A DNA stretch of 64,000 bases from a virus (Duplodnaviria > Caudoviricetes). Positions within the stretch are counted from its first letter, which is position 1. Each line of letters begins with the position of its first letter. Below the pieces are notes generated by a model, which saw only the letters and a program-made list of their open reading frames with translations, searched no databases and was not told the origin of the DNA. A program made the position numbers and the translations under genes. Below are positions 27,140-35,345 of this stretch, piece by piece. The DNA lies in the IMG/VR virus record IMGVR_UViG_2754412319_000001, positions 1 to 64,000 of that record. One strand, 5' to 3'.

Positions 27140-27868
27140 CTAGCCTGTCACCGGGTCGGTGGGGGAGGAGACCACGAAGATCGTCGGCGTCACGGCGACG
27201 GTTCGGGCCAGTGTGTCGCTCAGCTGCGCGAGGCTCGCGCCGAGCTGAGTTGTGAGGTCTTCCTTCAGCTTGTCGAGGTCGACCCAGTCCCAGCGGGAGA
27301 AGTTCGAGTTCTCAACCTGCTTCGACTGCACGAGCCGCAGCTGGAAGGATGGCAGCGCATCGATCGCGGCGCGCGCCGCGAGCGCGCGGTTCGCGGCCGA
27401 GCGCGTACGACTGTCGCCGACCACGAGGGCGTTCGTGAAGTCCGTGCCGTAGTCGGCACGCAGCGAGTAGTACGCCGGGATCAGCTCGATCGCCTCGTCG
27501 GGCAGCTCGTCGACGGAAACCCCCATCAGACCGCGTACAGCGTCCGCATCGGCGCTCATCGGGATGAAGGGGTGCAGACCATAGGCCACCTGCTGCTGAC
27601 GGCTCTGGCCCGACGTCTTGAAGGCGAGGGATACGAACCGGGTCTCGGTGTCGTTTCCCGCTGCGATGCCGTTCACGCTCGCCGGCAGCAGGAGGTGGGC
27701 GGTCGTGCCCGGTACGTCGAGCGCCGCGTGGTCCAGACCGGCCAGGACAGCGCCGCTCTGGTCACGCACGGTGTACGTCACGGAGCCGGCATCGGGCTGG
27801 ACCTGGACGCCACCGGCCATCAGCTCGACTTCGAAGGTGAGGTCTTCACCAGCCTGGAACCACTGCAT
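27140..27868 (-). CDS. Head-tail adaptor (putative)
   Basis: 242 aa; ADAVRGLMGVSVDELPDEAI helical adaptor-like segment; position after the capsid gene. Confidence 0.6.
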   Translation of the reverse strand: MQWFQAGEDLTFEVELMAGGVQVQPDAGSVTYTVRDQSGAVLAGLDHAALDVPGTTAHLLLPASVNGIAAGNDTETRFVSLAFKTSGQSRQQQVAYGLHPFIPMSADADAVRGLMGVSVDELPDEAIELIPAYYSLRADYGTDFTNALVVGDSRTRSAANRALAARAAIDALPSFQLRLVQSKQVENSNFSRWDWVDLDKLKEDLTTQLGASLAQLSDTLARTVAVTPTIFVVSSPTDPVTG

Positions 27869-27879
27869 GGCGCGTCTCC

Positions 27880-28209
27880 TTACGAGCGGCGACGACGGGT
27901 GGTTGCCGGCGCGGCGTCTTCACCTGCCTCGGTCGGCTCGGCGTCGATGCCGTACACGGCCAGGAACGATTCGTTGGCCACGTCGAAGTCGCCATCCGCT
28001 TCCTTCAGGAAGCGGACGTATTCGGCGTCGGTGGCCTCGGGCTTCAGCTCCGCGACGATCTCAACCTGATTCAGACCGACACGAGTGTTGATGAACGGGG
28101 TTTGACGAACGACCGAGGGGCGGAACGCGTCCAGCTCGTCGCCGCTCATGCCGTCGAGCAACATGAACTTGCCGGTGGTGTGTGCGAGGATCTTTTTCAT
28201 CTTCATCAT
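27880..28209 (-). CDS. Small hypothetical virion-module protein
   Basis: 109 aa ORF with RBS after the capsid terminator. Confidence 0.65.
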   Translation of the reverse strand: MMKMKKILAHTTGKFMLLDGMSGDELDAFRPSVVRQTPFINTRVGLNQVEIVAELKPEATDAEYVRFLKEADGDFDVANESFLAVYGIDAEPTEAGEDAAPATTRRRRS

Positions 28210-28227
28210 CTATCCATGAAAGGGCAT

Positions 28228-28257
28228 AAAAAAGCCCGCCCGAGATGGGCGGGCTTT
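28228..28257 (-). terminator. Rho-independent terminator after the major capsid gene
   Basis: AAAGCCCGCCC-N5-GGGCGGGCTTT followed by a T run on the minus strand. Confidence 0.85.
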
Positions 28258-28277
28258 CAGGCGCTCAACCGCAGGCC

Positions 28278-29471
28278 TTACGCGGTCACGTCGAGGACTT
28301 GGCGCGTGTCCGGGAATGCCAGCTTGTAGCCGGTGTTTTCCGTACGCACGTAGGTGATCGACTGGTTCAGGATCGAACGCTCGTTTTCCGAGATGTTCGA
28401 GCCGGCTTCGATCAGCTCTTCCAGCGTTTCAGCCTTCGTGAAGCCGACCAGCTTGCCTTCCGGCACGGCCGACGACAGGTGGAAGTTCACCGACTGGTTG
28501 AGGATCGGCACCTGCGTGTTGATCTTCGGCGTACCCTGCGCGACCAGCGCCTCGATGTCGGTCGCATGCGCGCCCGAGATGCCCGTCACCGGCTGGAACA
28601 TGAACAGCAGCTCCACGAACATGTCGTAGTTGCCGATGATCGTGTCGATCGGGTAGCCGGCCTTCGCGCGTGCCATGAGCCACTTCGCGAGCGCCTTGTA
28701 GTTCGACGAGAACGCCTTGCTCGCGTCGCCGCCGAAATCCGACACCTTGACCACGCCGGCTGCGCCGTTGACGCCGTCGCCGTTGATCAGGATGGCCGTC
28801 GCGGCACGCACCTTCGAGATCTCCAGCTCGCGGCCGACGCGCGCTGCAAACGGCGTCATGATGTCGAGCGAAGCGCGGCGGTTGAATTCGTACGAGGTAC
28901 GGTAGCCCGAGCCGTGCTTGAAGATGCCGACCGTCTGTTGCGACGTGCGGATCGTGCGAACCGGGATGCGGCCCAGTTCCGGGATCGTGTGCGTCGTGCG
29001 CTCGTTCGAGTCGTCTTCGACGAACGTCGAGATCATCTCGGTGCCGTTGATCGTGCGCGACTGCGCGACGAGCGGAGCGACCTGTTCGATCTGGTCCTGG
29101 CGGTTCTTCCAGCGCAGAATGTCGTCCATGACTTCCGGGAACATCGCGCGGGTGCCCGGATACGTCTGGAACGTTTCCGAAGCGGCTTGCAGCAGGACGC
29201 CTTGCGACAAGTCCTGACGCACCGGCAGGTTGAGGTAGGCCAGGGCGGCTTCGTAGCCGTTCAGGCCCTCGTAGCGGCCGGCGTCGTCGGCACGGCGCGG
29301 GTCGATCGCGAGCGTGAGGTAGTCACGCAGGTTGAGGCCCGAGTCTGCGGCGAGGCGCACGAGGCGCTGGCCAGCGTTGATCGAGCGCTGGACGTCGGTG
29401 GTGTCGTCCGGTTTGAGGCCGGCGAGAACTTCCGCGGGTGCGCGGCGTTCGATGTCGATCAGATCTGCCAT
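28278..29471 (-). CDS. Major capsid protein
   Basis: 397 aa after protease and decoration genes and followed by a terminator. KHGSGYRTSYE and AILINGDG are HK97-fold-like segments. Confidence 0.85.
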   Translation of the reverse strand: MADLIDIERRAPAEVLAGLKPDDTTDVQRSINAGQRLVRLAADSGLNLRDYLTLAIDPRRADDAGRYEGLNGYEAALAYLNLPVRQDLSQGVLLQAASETFQTYPGTRAMFPEVMDDILRWKNRQDQIEQVAPLVAQSRTINGTEMISTFVEDDSNERTTHTIPELGRIPVRTIRTSQQTVGIFKHGSGYRTSYEFNRRASLDIMTPFAARVGRELEISKVRAATAILINGDGVNGAAGVVKVSDFGGDASKAFSSNYKALAKWLMARAKAGYPIDTIIGNYDMFVELLFMFQPVTGISGAHATDIEALVAQGTPKINTQVPILNQSVNFHLSSAVPEGKLVGFTKAETLEELIEAGSNISENERSILNQSITYVRTENTGYKLAFPDTRQVLDVTA

Positions 29472-29596
29472 GTTTTGATCCGTTGTCAGTTGTTTTTGAA
29501 CCCCCGTCGGCCCGGTGGTGGGCGGAACTGACGGGGGCTTTGCAGCACTTCCAGCAGATGACCCCGGTGGTGGGCGAGGTCATCTGCCGCCGTTCT

Positions 29597-30019
29597 TTAC
29601 AGCTCGATGGCGACCACGTTGCCGCTGGCCAGCACTTCGACGACGCACCACGGCGAGTAGCCGCCGAAGGCGTCCTTCGCGGGGTCGGCCTTGCGAACCG
29701 TGCCGCCGCCACCGCCGACGAGGCGATCACCCGGCGTCGCGGCGTAGCCCGCCTTGACCGGGAAGTCGAGACCGCCTTCCAGCGAGACCGTGCCGACGTT
29801 CAGGCCTTCGGTCACGCGGTTTTCGATCGTTTCGAGTCGGCCGGCCAGCAGGTCGCCGTCGCCTGCCAGCTTCACCGTGTTCGGCGCGGTCGGGTCGATC
29901 GACACGGCCTTGCCTTCATCCTGGCCTTTCTTGATGCCTGCGGCCAGGTTGAAGGCGTACTGCGAATCCTCATCGTAGATACCACGAAGGGAGACGCCGT
30001 TACCGATAGCGTTGCTCAT
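29597..30019 (-). CDS. Head decoration/cement protein
   Basis: 140 aa Gly-rich beta protein between protease and capsid genes. Confidence 0.65.
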   Translation of the reverse strand: MSNAIGNGVSLRGIYDEDSQYAFNLAAGIKKGQDEGKAVSIDPTAPNTVKLAGDGDLLAGRLETIENRVTEGLNVGTVSLEGGLDFPVKAGYAATPGDRLVGGGGGTVRKADPAKDAFGGYSPWCVVEVLASGNVVAIEL

Positions 30020-30047
30020 GAATTACTCTCTCGTGTTGCGGGTTCGC

Positions 30048-31175
30048 TTAACGCGGCGCGGACTTGAACGCGCTCGACGCGTGAAGCGTCGTCCCCTTCG
30101 TTGCACCAGTGCCAGTCTCGGAACCTTGCGAGCGGCCGCCGTTGCCAGCGCCCGCCTTCAGGACTTCAACCTGCGCTTCTGCGGTTGCGAGCTTCGCCTT
30201 CAGATCGGCGACCTCGGTTTCAGCAGTCTTTGCCGAAGCTTCCAGCTCCGTCACCTTCGCTTGCGCCTCGGCCAGCGAGGTTTGCGCGGCCTTCAGCTCC
30301 GTGCCTTCCTTCAGCGTCTTGTTCTCGGTGCTCAACGCCTCGTTGGTCGTCTTGAGCGCCGCGATTTCCGCGTCTTTCAGCGAAATCGTGTGTTCGTGGA
30401 TCTTCTGGCCAGCCTTCAGGTTGGCCAGTTCTTCGATCAGTTCCTTATCCATCTTCTTCGGACTCCGAGGGGATGTGGTGGTGGTGGCAATCAGCATCAA
30501 ATGCTCGGGTGCGACGCCCGAAGCTGCCAAGCGGTCGTACTGCTCTTGGCCGAGCCGCTGCTTTGTGCGGCCCAAAATCTTTGCGTTGTTCGCCGCGCCT
30601 TTCGACACGAGCGACGTTTCGGTCCATCGATCCAGCCCGTTGATCTTCAGATACGCGCCGTCTTCGCCGAGCACGTGGTCATTCCCGCACACGCGGTCGT
30701 AGAAGTTCGAGAAGCTGGCCTCGGGACCACGCCAGTCCCAGCTGCACTTCGAACAGAGCAGCTGTTGACCGACAAACCCGACGCTGACCTCGTCGATGAT
30801 CCCGTTTTCGAGCTTCGGGACATTCGAGTCGTCTTTCGGCAGGTAGAAGAGGCAGACCAGTTCGCTCGATCCGTCGCCGAGCGTCGACGGGAGGACTTCG
30901 CCGTAGAAGAAACGACCGAGGGGGAGTTCGTCTCCGTTCGGGTGAAGGGTCTGGAGGGGGACGAAGCCGCCACTGTTGAGGTAGCTGGCCATCTGGTTGA
31001 GCGTGTCAACCTGGATCTGGCCTTTGTCGAAAATTGAACCGGGCTTCGTCAACGGGCGCGTGTTAGTGACCGAGGCTTCGAACACGACGATCGCGTTGAA
31101 GTCGACCTGATCACCCCCGGTGTTGCGGGTGATCAGATTCTGAATTCTCGGTGTGATCGGAACGCTCTTAGCCAT
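30048..31175 (-). CDS. Prohead protease with C-terminal scaffold
   Basis: LQTLH..GRFF..DEVSVGF..ETSLVSKGA protease-like motifs; coiled-coil C-terminus. Confidence 0.8.
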   Translation of the reverse strand: MAKSVPITPRIQNLITRNTGGDQVDFNAIVVFEASVTNTRPLTKPGSIFDKGQIQVDTLNQMASYLNSGGFVPLQTLHPNGDELPLGRFFYGEVLPSTLGDGSSELVCLFYLPKDDSNVPKLENGIIDEVSVGFVGQQLLCSKCSWDWRGPEASFSNFYDRVCGNDHVLGEDGAYLKINGLDRWTETSLVSKGAANNAKILGRTKQRLGQEQYDRLAASGVAPEHLMLIATTTTSPRSPKKMDKELIEELANLKAGQKIHEHTISLKDAEIAALKTTNEALSTENKTLKEGTELKAAQTSLAEAQAKVTELEASAKTAETEVADLKAKLATAEAQVEVLKAGAGNGGRSQGSETGTGATKGTTLHASSAFKSAPR

Positions 31176-31218
31176 ACCAGTGTGGTGCTTTTCATGCTGC
31201 CCGGTGAATGTAGCCCGT

Positions 31219-31255
31219 ATTATTTCGACCAGCTAAACGAGAGTCAAAGAGTTTT
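31219..31255 (-). promoter_or_regulatory. Putative sigma70-like promoter of the head genes
   Basis: AAAAACTCT-TTGACT-N17-AATAAT on the minus strand. Confidence 0.55.
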
Positions 31256-32838
31256 TAGGGCTTCACCGCGTTACTCGCTGCCGACTTCGAACCTTTCGAC
31301 GAAAGCGATCGGCCGAGCGGGTCGGAGTTAGGGCTGACCTTGCTGACATCCGGACCATGCGGGCCGTTCGTCTTTCCCGAACCTCCCCCAGCACCACCCG
31401 CGTTCGGTTGGTCAAGGTTATCCTGAGCGGTCAAGACCTGGACGTTCGTTCCCGGCATGAAGTTCGTACCACTGAGGATCGGGGCCGAGTCGGGACGGAT
31501 GCGGCCGTACATCTCAAGGTGGTACTCGTCGTCGTCGATGATGCCCAGCGACAGGTCAGCCTTCAGGCGCGACGCGCGCATCGTGAGCTGCGGTTCCAGC
31601 TCGGTCAGCGGGCGCATCTCGGCGGGGCGGAACTTGCATACCACGCGGGACTGCGAGCCTTGCAGGCGAATTGCGAGCGTCAACATGTCCGAGAACAGGT
31701 CAGCGATCGGCTGGTTGATCTCTTCGGCCGTCATGCTGAAGAGACGTGCTTCGACCGAGGCCGTGTTCACGCCAGCGTTGCCTCGTCCGAGAATCGTCCC
31801 CATCGTGCGCAGACCGGCTTGGTTCTGCGCGTTCAGCGTTTCGATGATCGACGAGATGTCGATACCCATCCCAGGTGCCTTGTCGTTGATCATCTTGACC
31901 TCCGACGAGTCAGTATGGATGAACGCCTGATCCGGTCGGATGTTCGCGATCTGGCCGCTGATCCCGTTGAGCACGCTCGCGACGTACTGCTGCAACTTGA
32001 CGGGGTTGGCTTTCGTGTCGAGCGGTGCATTGCGCGTGATGACGTCTTCCAGCACCTTCACTTCGAGACGAGGGTAGCCGGTCAGCTGCATGATCCGGTA
32101 CAGGTCGTTGATCACCTGCTGCCGGCCGGCGATCGTGTTGATCGCGGACACAAACGGCGAGTAGGTGTAGATCGTCGTCGGGTCACGCCGGAAGAACTTG
32201 CAGAAGAACGTCGGGATCGTCAGGTCGATGGTGTCGCCGGCCGACGTGCGCTGCTCAGGCGTGAAGACGCCCGGTTGAGGTTCGATCCACCAGAGGGTCT
32301 TCGGGTCGAGCATGCGGAACTCGGTCGGCACGAAGGTCTTGTCGAGCACCATTTCGCACGGCAGCGATCCGCCGGCGAGGATCATGTACCGGAAGTTCTC
32401 GGCCAGCTCCTTGAACGACGGCCTGAAGTCGAAGCCCTTGGAGTAGTCGTTGCGAACCTCGTAGCCTTGCATTACCGCGTTGAGGATCTTCTGGCCGTCA
32501 CGGTCGATCATCCCGTTCACGTCATAGACGACTGCCATCAGGTCGGTGTTGGCCACGGTCAGATAGGCGTTGGCTGCGGCCGACACGTCCGGGTCCTGGA
32601 CGAGCAGGGTCTTGATCAGGGCGCGCGAATCGTTCGCCGTGCGCGAGCTGAAGATGTCGGTCAGGTGCTCGCGATACGTCGGCATCGTGAGCAGCTGAGT
32701 CGGCGCGCTCGGGTTATAAGTACCCGGCATCGACATGCCGCCCTTCGCAGAGCGGCGTGGCAGGATAATGGAGAGCGCCGCGCCGAGCGCCCCGCCAATG
32801 CCCTTAGAAGAAGACTTGGGGGTGGTGGTCGTTGCCAT
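31255..32838 (-). CDS. Portal protein
   Basis: 527 aa directly after the large terminase. Confidence 0.8.
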   Translation of the reverse strand: MATTTTPKSSSKGIGGALGAALSIILPRRSAKGGMSMPGTYNPSAPTQLLTMPTYREHLTDIFSSRTANDSRALIKTLLVQDPDVSAAANAYLTVANTDLMAVVYDVNGMIDRDGQKILNAVMQGYEVRNDYSKGFDFRPSFKELAENFRYMILAGGSLPCEMVLDKTFVPTEFRMLDPKTLWWIEPQPGVFTPEQRTSAGDTIDLTIPTFFCKFFRRDPTTIYTYSPFVSAINTIAGRQQVINDLYRIMQLTGYPRLEVKVLEDVITRNAPLDTKANPVKLQQYVASVLNGISGQIANIRPDQAFIHTDSSEVKMINDKAPGMGIDISSIIETLNAQNQAGLRTMGTILGRGNAGVNTASVEARLFSMTAEEINQPIADLFSDMLTLAIRLQGSQSRVVCKFRPAEMRPLTELEPQLTMRASRLKADLSLGIIDDDEYHLEMYGRIRPDSAPILSGTNFMPGTNVQVLTAQDNLDQPNAGGAGGGSGKTNGPHGPDVSKVSPNSDPLGRSLSSKGSKSAASNAVKP

Positions 32839-34588
32839 AGATCAAGTTGCCAGTGGTGTGTTTGGTATTGGCCAGCGTGAGTTGACTGGTCTCGTTCATG
32901 CCCACGGTCGCGCCGACGATCTGGATGACACTGCGCGTTTCCGTGTTGAAGAGCGCGGATGCGTTGGTGGTGTGCAGCTTCACGGCAGACAACATGAAGC
33001 CCAGCGCGTGGAAGAAGTGATCGTTGCCGTTCAGCTTCTTCCATTCCGCTTCTTTCTCAGGTTCCTCATTGCGAACCATGTCTTTCAGGTGCTCAACGAT
33101 CGCCGATCGATGCGTCCCGTATCCGGAGAACTTGATCTTGCGCAGCCGGATGGCGCGGGCCACTTCGTCGAGCAGGAGCGTCCGGTTGGACTGCATGTGC
33201 GTGATCTCGCCAGCAGGGTCCTTGACGAGATTGATTTCCTTGGAGCCACGGTACTCGTTCGGCAGGACACGGCGATGCGACACGTCGCGCACCGCCTCGG
33301 CGGTCGGCGTGTACGGGTGACGGTCACAACCACCGGCAACGATGCGGTACGTGGTCAGGATGCGCGCGATCTCCTCCAGCAAGCGGCCGACCGGCACGGT
33401 CAGGAACTCGACCACGTGGATCGACGACACGTCGTAGCCCTCGCCGACGACGATGTGGCAGGTCTGGCCGATGTCGATGCCGATCCACGCCGGCATCGTG
33501 TTGCTCGACGGACGGACCAGCTGGAATTCGGTGAAAGCCGCGTTGATGTCCGCGTCGTTCAGACGCTGGTCGCCCCCGGTGTGGGAGCGCCCGAGCACGG
33601 TGTTGTACCAGCCGCGGATGAAGTCCTTGCGCTTGTAGATGAAGAGCTGCCGCAGGATGTACTTCGGCGGCAGGCGCTCGGTCGAGAAGGCGCGCACGCG
33701 GTAGCCGCGCGCGTGCTTGCGCTGGGGGTACTTCGGCACCCATGCGCGGCGCTCGTGGTCGCCAAGGTTCAGCGGCGCACCGCAGTGCTCGCAGTGGATC
33801 GAGACGGCGTCGAGGTCGACCGTGCCGGCGTCGATCATCGCCTCTTCGATCTCCTCGAAGTCGAGACTGTCGGGAAGGCCAGGGATTCGGACGAACGGGC
33901 GCTCGAAGTCGGGCACCTGCCAGTGGTTGCAGCAGGCGCACTTCAACATGTACTCGTGCTGGTCGCTGACCTTGTACGTCTGGTCGATGCCATAGTCCTG
34001 GAAGGTCGGCGTCGAAAACCGGTGGTTCAGCTTCCAGTCGGAGCCTTGAAGTCGCGAGTTGAAGAGGGCAAGCATCGACTGATCGGTCAAGTCCACTTCG
34101 TCGTTCACGACCATGTCTGCGGAGATGGACGTCGCGGCCCCTTCGCCAGCGGCCGTGAGGTAGAGGAAGCTCTTGCCGACCTGAATGATCTCTTTCGTGC
34201 GCGTCGGCTTCTTGCCGCCGAGCGATTCGAGGTTGAATGCGTGCTCCTCGTCGACGAGCGGGCGAACGCGGCCGACCGAGATCCGCTCCATCATGGCCTC
34301 GTCGGGCAGCGTGTAGATGACGTTCACGCCACGGTTTCGAGCGATGAACGCGAGCACCTTGCGGATCTGCACTTCGGTCAGACCGACCTGCGACGGCTTG
34401 ATGCAGTCGAGGTTGTCGTGCATGTCGTCTGCGATCTGCTTCTGGAACGGATAGCGCTTGAACGAGAAGGCCCTGTCGTTGTGCGTGGTGTTTTCGCAGA
34501 TCCAGTCGCCATAGGTCATCGACGCGCGGTCCTTCGACCAGCGGTTCGCGGCGCGTTCGTAGAGCTGTTGGAGATACTGGTTTGACAT
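32804..34588 (-). CDS. terL: Terminase large subunit (lambda gpA-type)
   Basis: CIKPSQVGLTE (Walker A region), MVVNDEVD (Walker B), STPT, CxxC..CxxC zinc finger, GIDIG nuclease motif, NDHFFHA. Start placed at MSNQYL. Confidence 0.9.
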   Translation of the reverse strand: MSNQYLQQLYERAANRWSKDRASMTYGDWICENTTHNDRAFSFKRYPFQKQIADDMHDNLDCIKPSQVGLTEVQIRKVLAFIARNRGVNVIYTLPDEAMMERISVGRVRPLVDEEHAFNLESLGGKKPTRTKEIIQVGKSFLYLTAAGEGAATSISADMVVNDEVDLTDQSMLALFNSRLQGSDWKLNHRFSTPTFQDYGIDQTYKVSDQHEYMLKCACCNHWQVPDFERPFVRIPGLPDSLDFEEIEEAMIDAGTVDLDAVSIHCEHCGAPLNLGDHERRAWVPKYPQRKHARGYRVRAFSTERLPPKYILRQLFIYKRKDFIRGWYNTVLGRSHTGGDQRLNDADINAAFTEFQLVRPSSNTMPAWIGIDIGQTCHIVVGEGYDVSSIHVVEFLTVPVGRLLEEIARILTTYRIVAGGCDRHPYTPTAEAVRDVSHRRVLPNEYRGSKEINLVKDPAGEITHMQSNRTLLLDEVARAIRLRKIKFSGYGTHRSAIVEHLKDMVRNEEPEKEAEWKKLNGNDHFFHALGFMLSAVKLHTTNASALFNTETRSVIQIVGATVGMNETSQLTLANTKHTTGNLIYGNDHHPQVFF

Positions 34589-34618
34589 AGGGATGATTCG
34601 GCCATCTAAGCAGGCGCT

Positions 34619-34655
34619 ATTCTCACGCGGCCGGTCATCGGAGCACAAAGAAAAT
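34619..34655 (-). promoter_or_regulatory. Putative promoter of terL / late operon
   Basis: TTTTCT-TTGTGC-N18-GAGAAT; weaker match than the other late sites. Confidence 0.3.
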
Positions 34656-34793
34656 CTGCTGAACGTGGCTGTTGTTGTCCCTTTCAGCGGCTTCAGATGA
34701 TAGAGGCGAACGTTTATCAGATAGATGTCGTGATTTCCATTCTGCGCGGAGAGGCTGGCCGGTATTCTTGCACTCCTCTTCAGCGAGAACCCT

Positions 34794-35345
34794 ATGAGCA
34801 ACGACTTTCACTACCCGGTCATTACCGATCATGTCGAGTGGTCGATCAAGATGATCATTACCTTGGCCACGGAGAACGCCGCCTACCTCGACGACGAAGC
34901 ATGCCCTTACGGTGCTGACTTCAAGAAAGTGATCTCGAACCTGACTCAGCGTCGGGTTCAACCCGAGCAAAAGAAGGTTGACATAGCGGATTTCGAGATC
35001 ACCGAGGACCAGATCGATTCGAGCCTCGACATCGACCTGTATCGAGTCTTCACCGATCTGAAGAACTACGGCAAGACCATCCCTCAATCCGACCAGACGG
35101 AGCGCATGGCGTACTTCCGCACGGCGACCAGTCTTCTCGAACGTCTGGTGACAGCTCGTGAGCGCGCGCTGGGGATCAAGCAGATCCGCGACTTCCAGGA
35201 CACCGTCCTGAGCATCATGGAAGAGTGCATGTCGCCGGATCAGCGCACCGAGGTCATGGAACGCCTGCGCAGCGCAATCACCACTCGTCGTTCCGACGAT
35301 GACGCTGCGTCCACCACCACACAAGAGTCTTCGAATGAGAATTGA
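34794..35345 (+). CDS. Helical protein, candidate terminase small subunit
   Basis: 183 aa all-alpha, adjacent but divergent to terL; no other terS candidate seen in the window. Confidence 0.4.
   Translation: MSNDFHYPVITDHVEWSIKMIITLATENAAYLDDEACPYGADFKKVISNLTQRRVQPEQKKVDIADFEITEDQIDSSLDIDLYRVFTDLKNYGKTIPQSDQTERMAYFRTATSLLERLVTARERALGIKQIRDFQDTVLSIMEECMSPDQRTEVMERLRSAITTRRSDDDAASTTTQESSNEN

Noticed and set aside
32804-34801. Upstream extensions of track ORFs (terL from 34801, tail tube from 25195, gpL-like from 17336, 11848, 830 and others)
   Set aside because: They overlap promoters or neighbouring genes and lack RBSs, so downstream starts were preferred.
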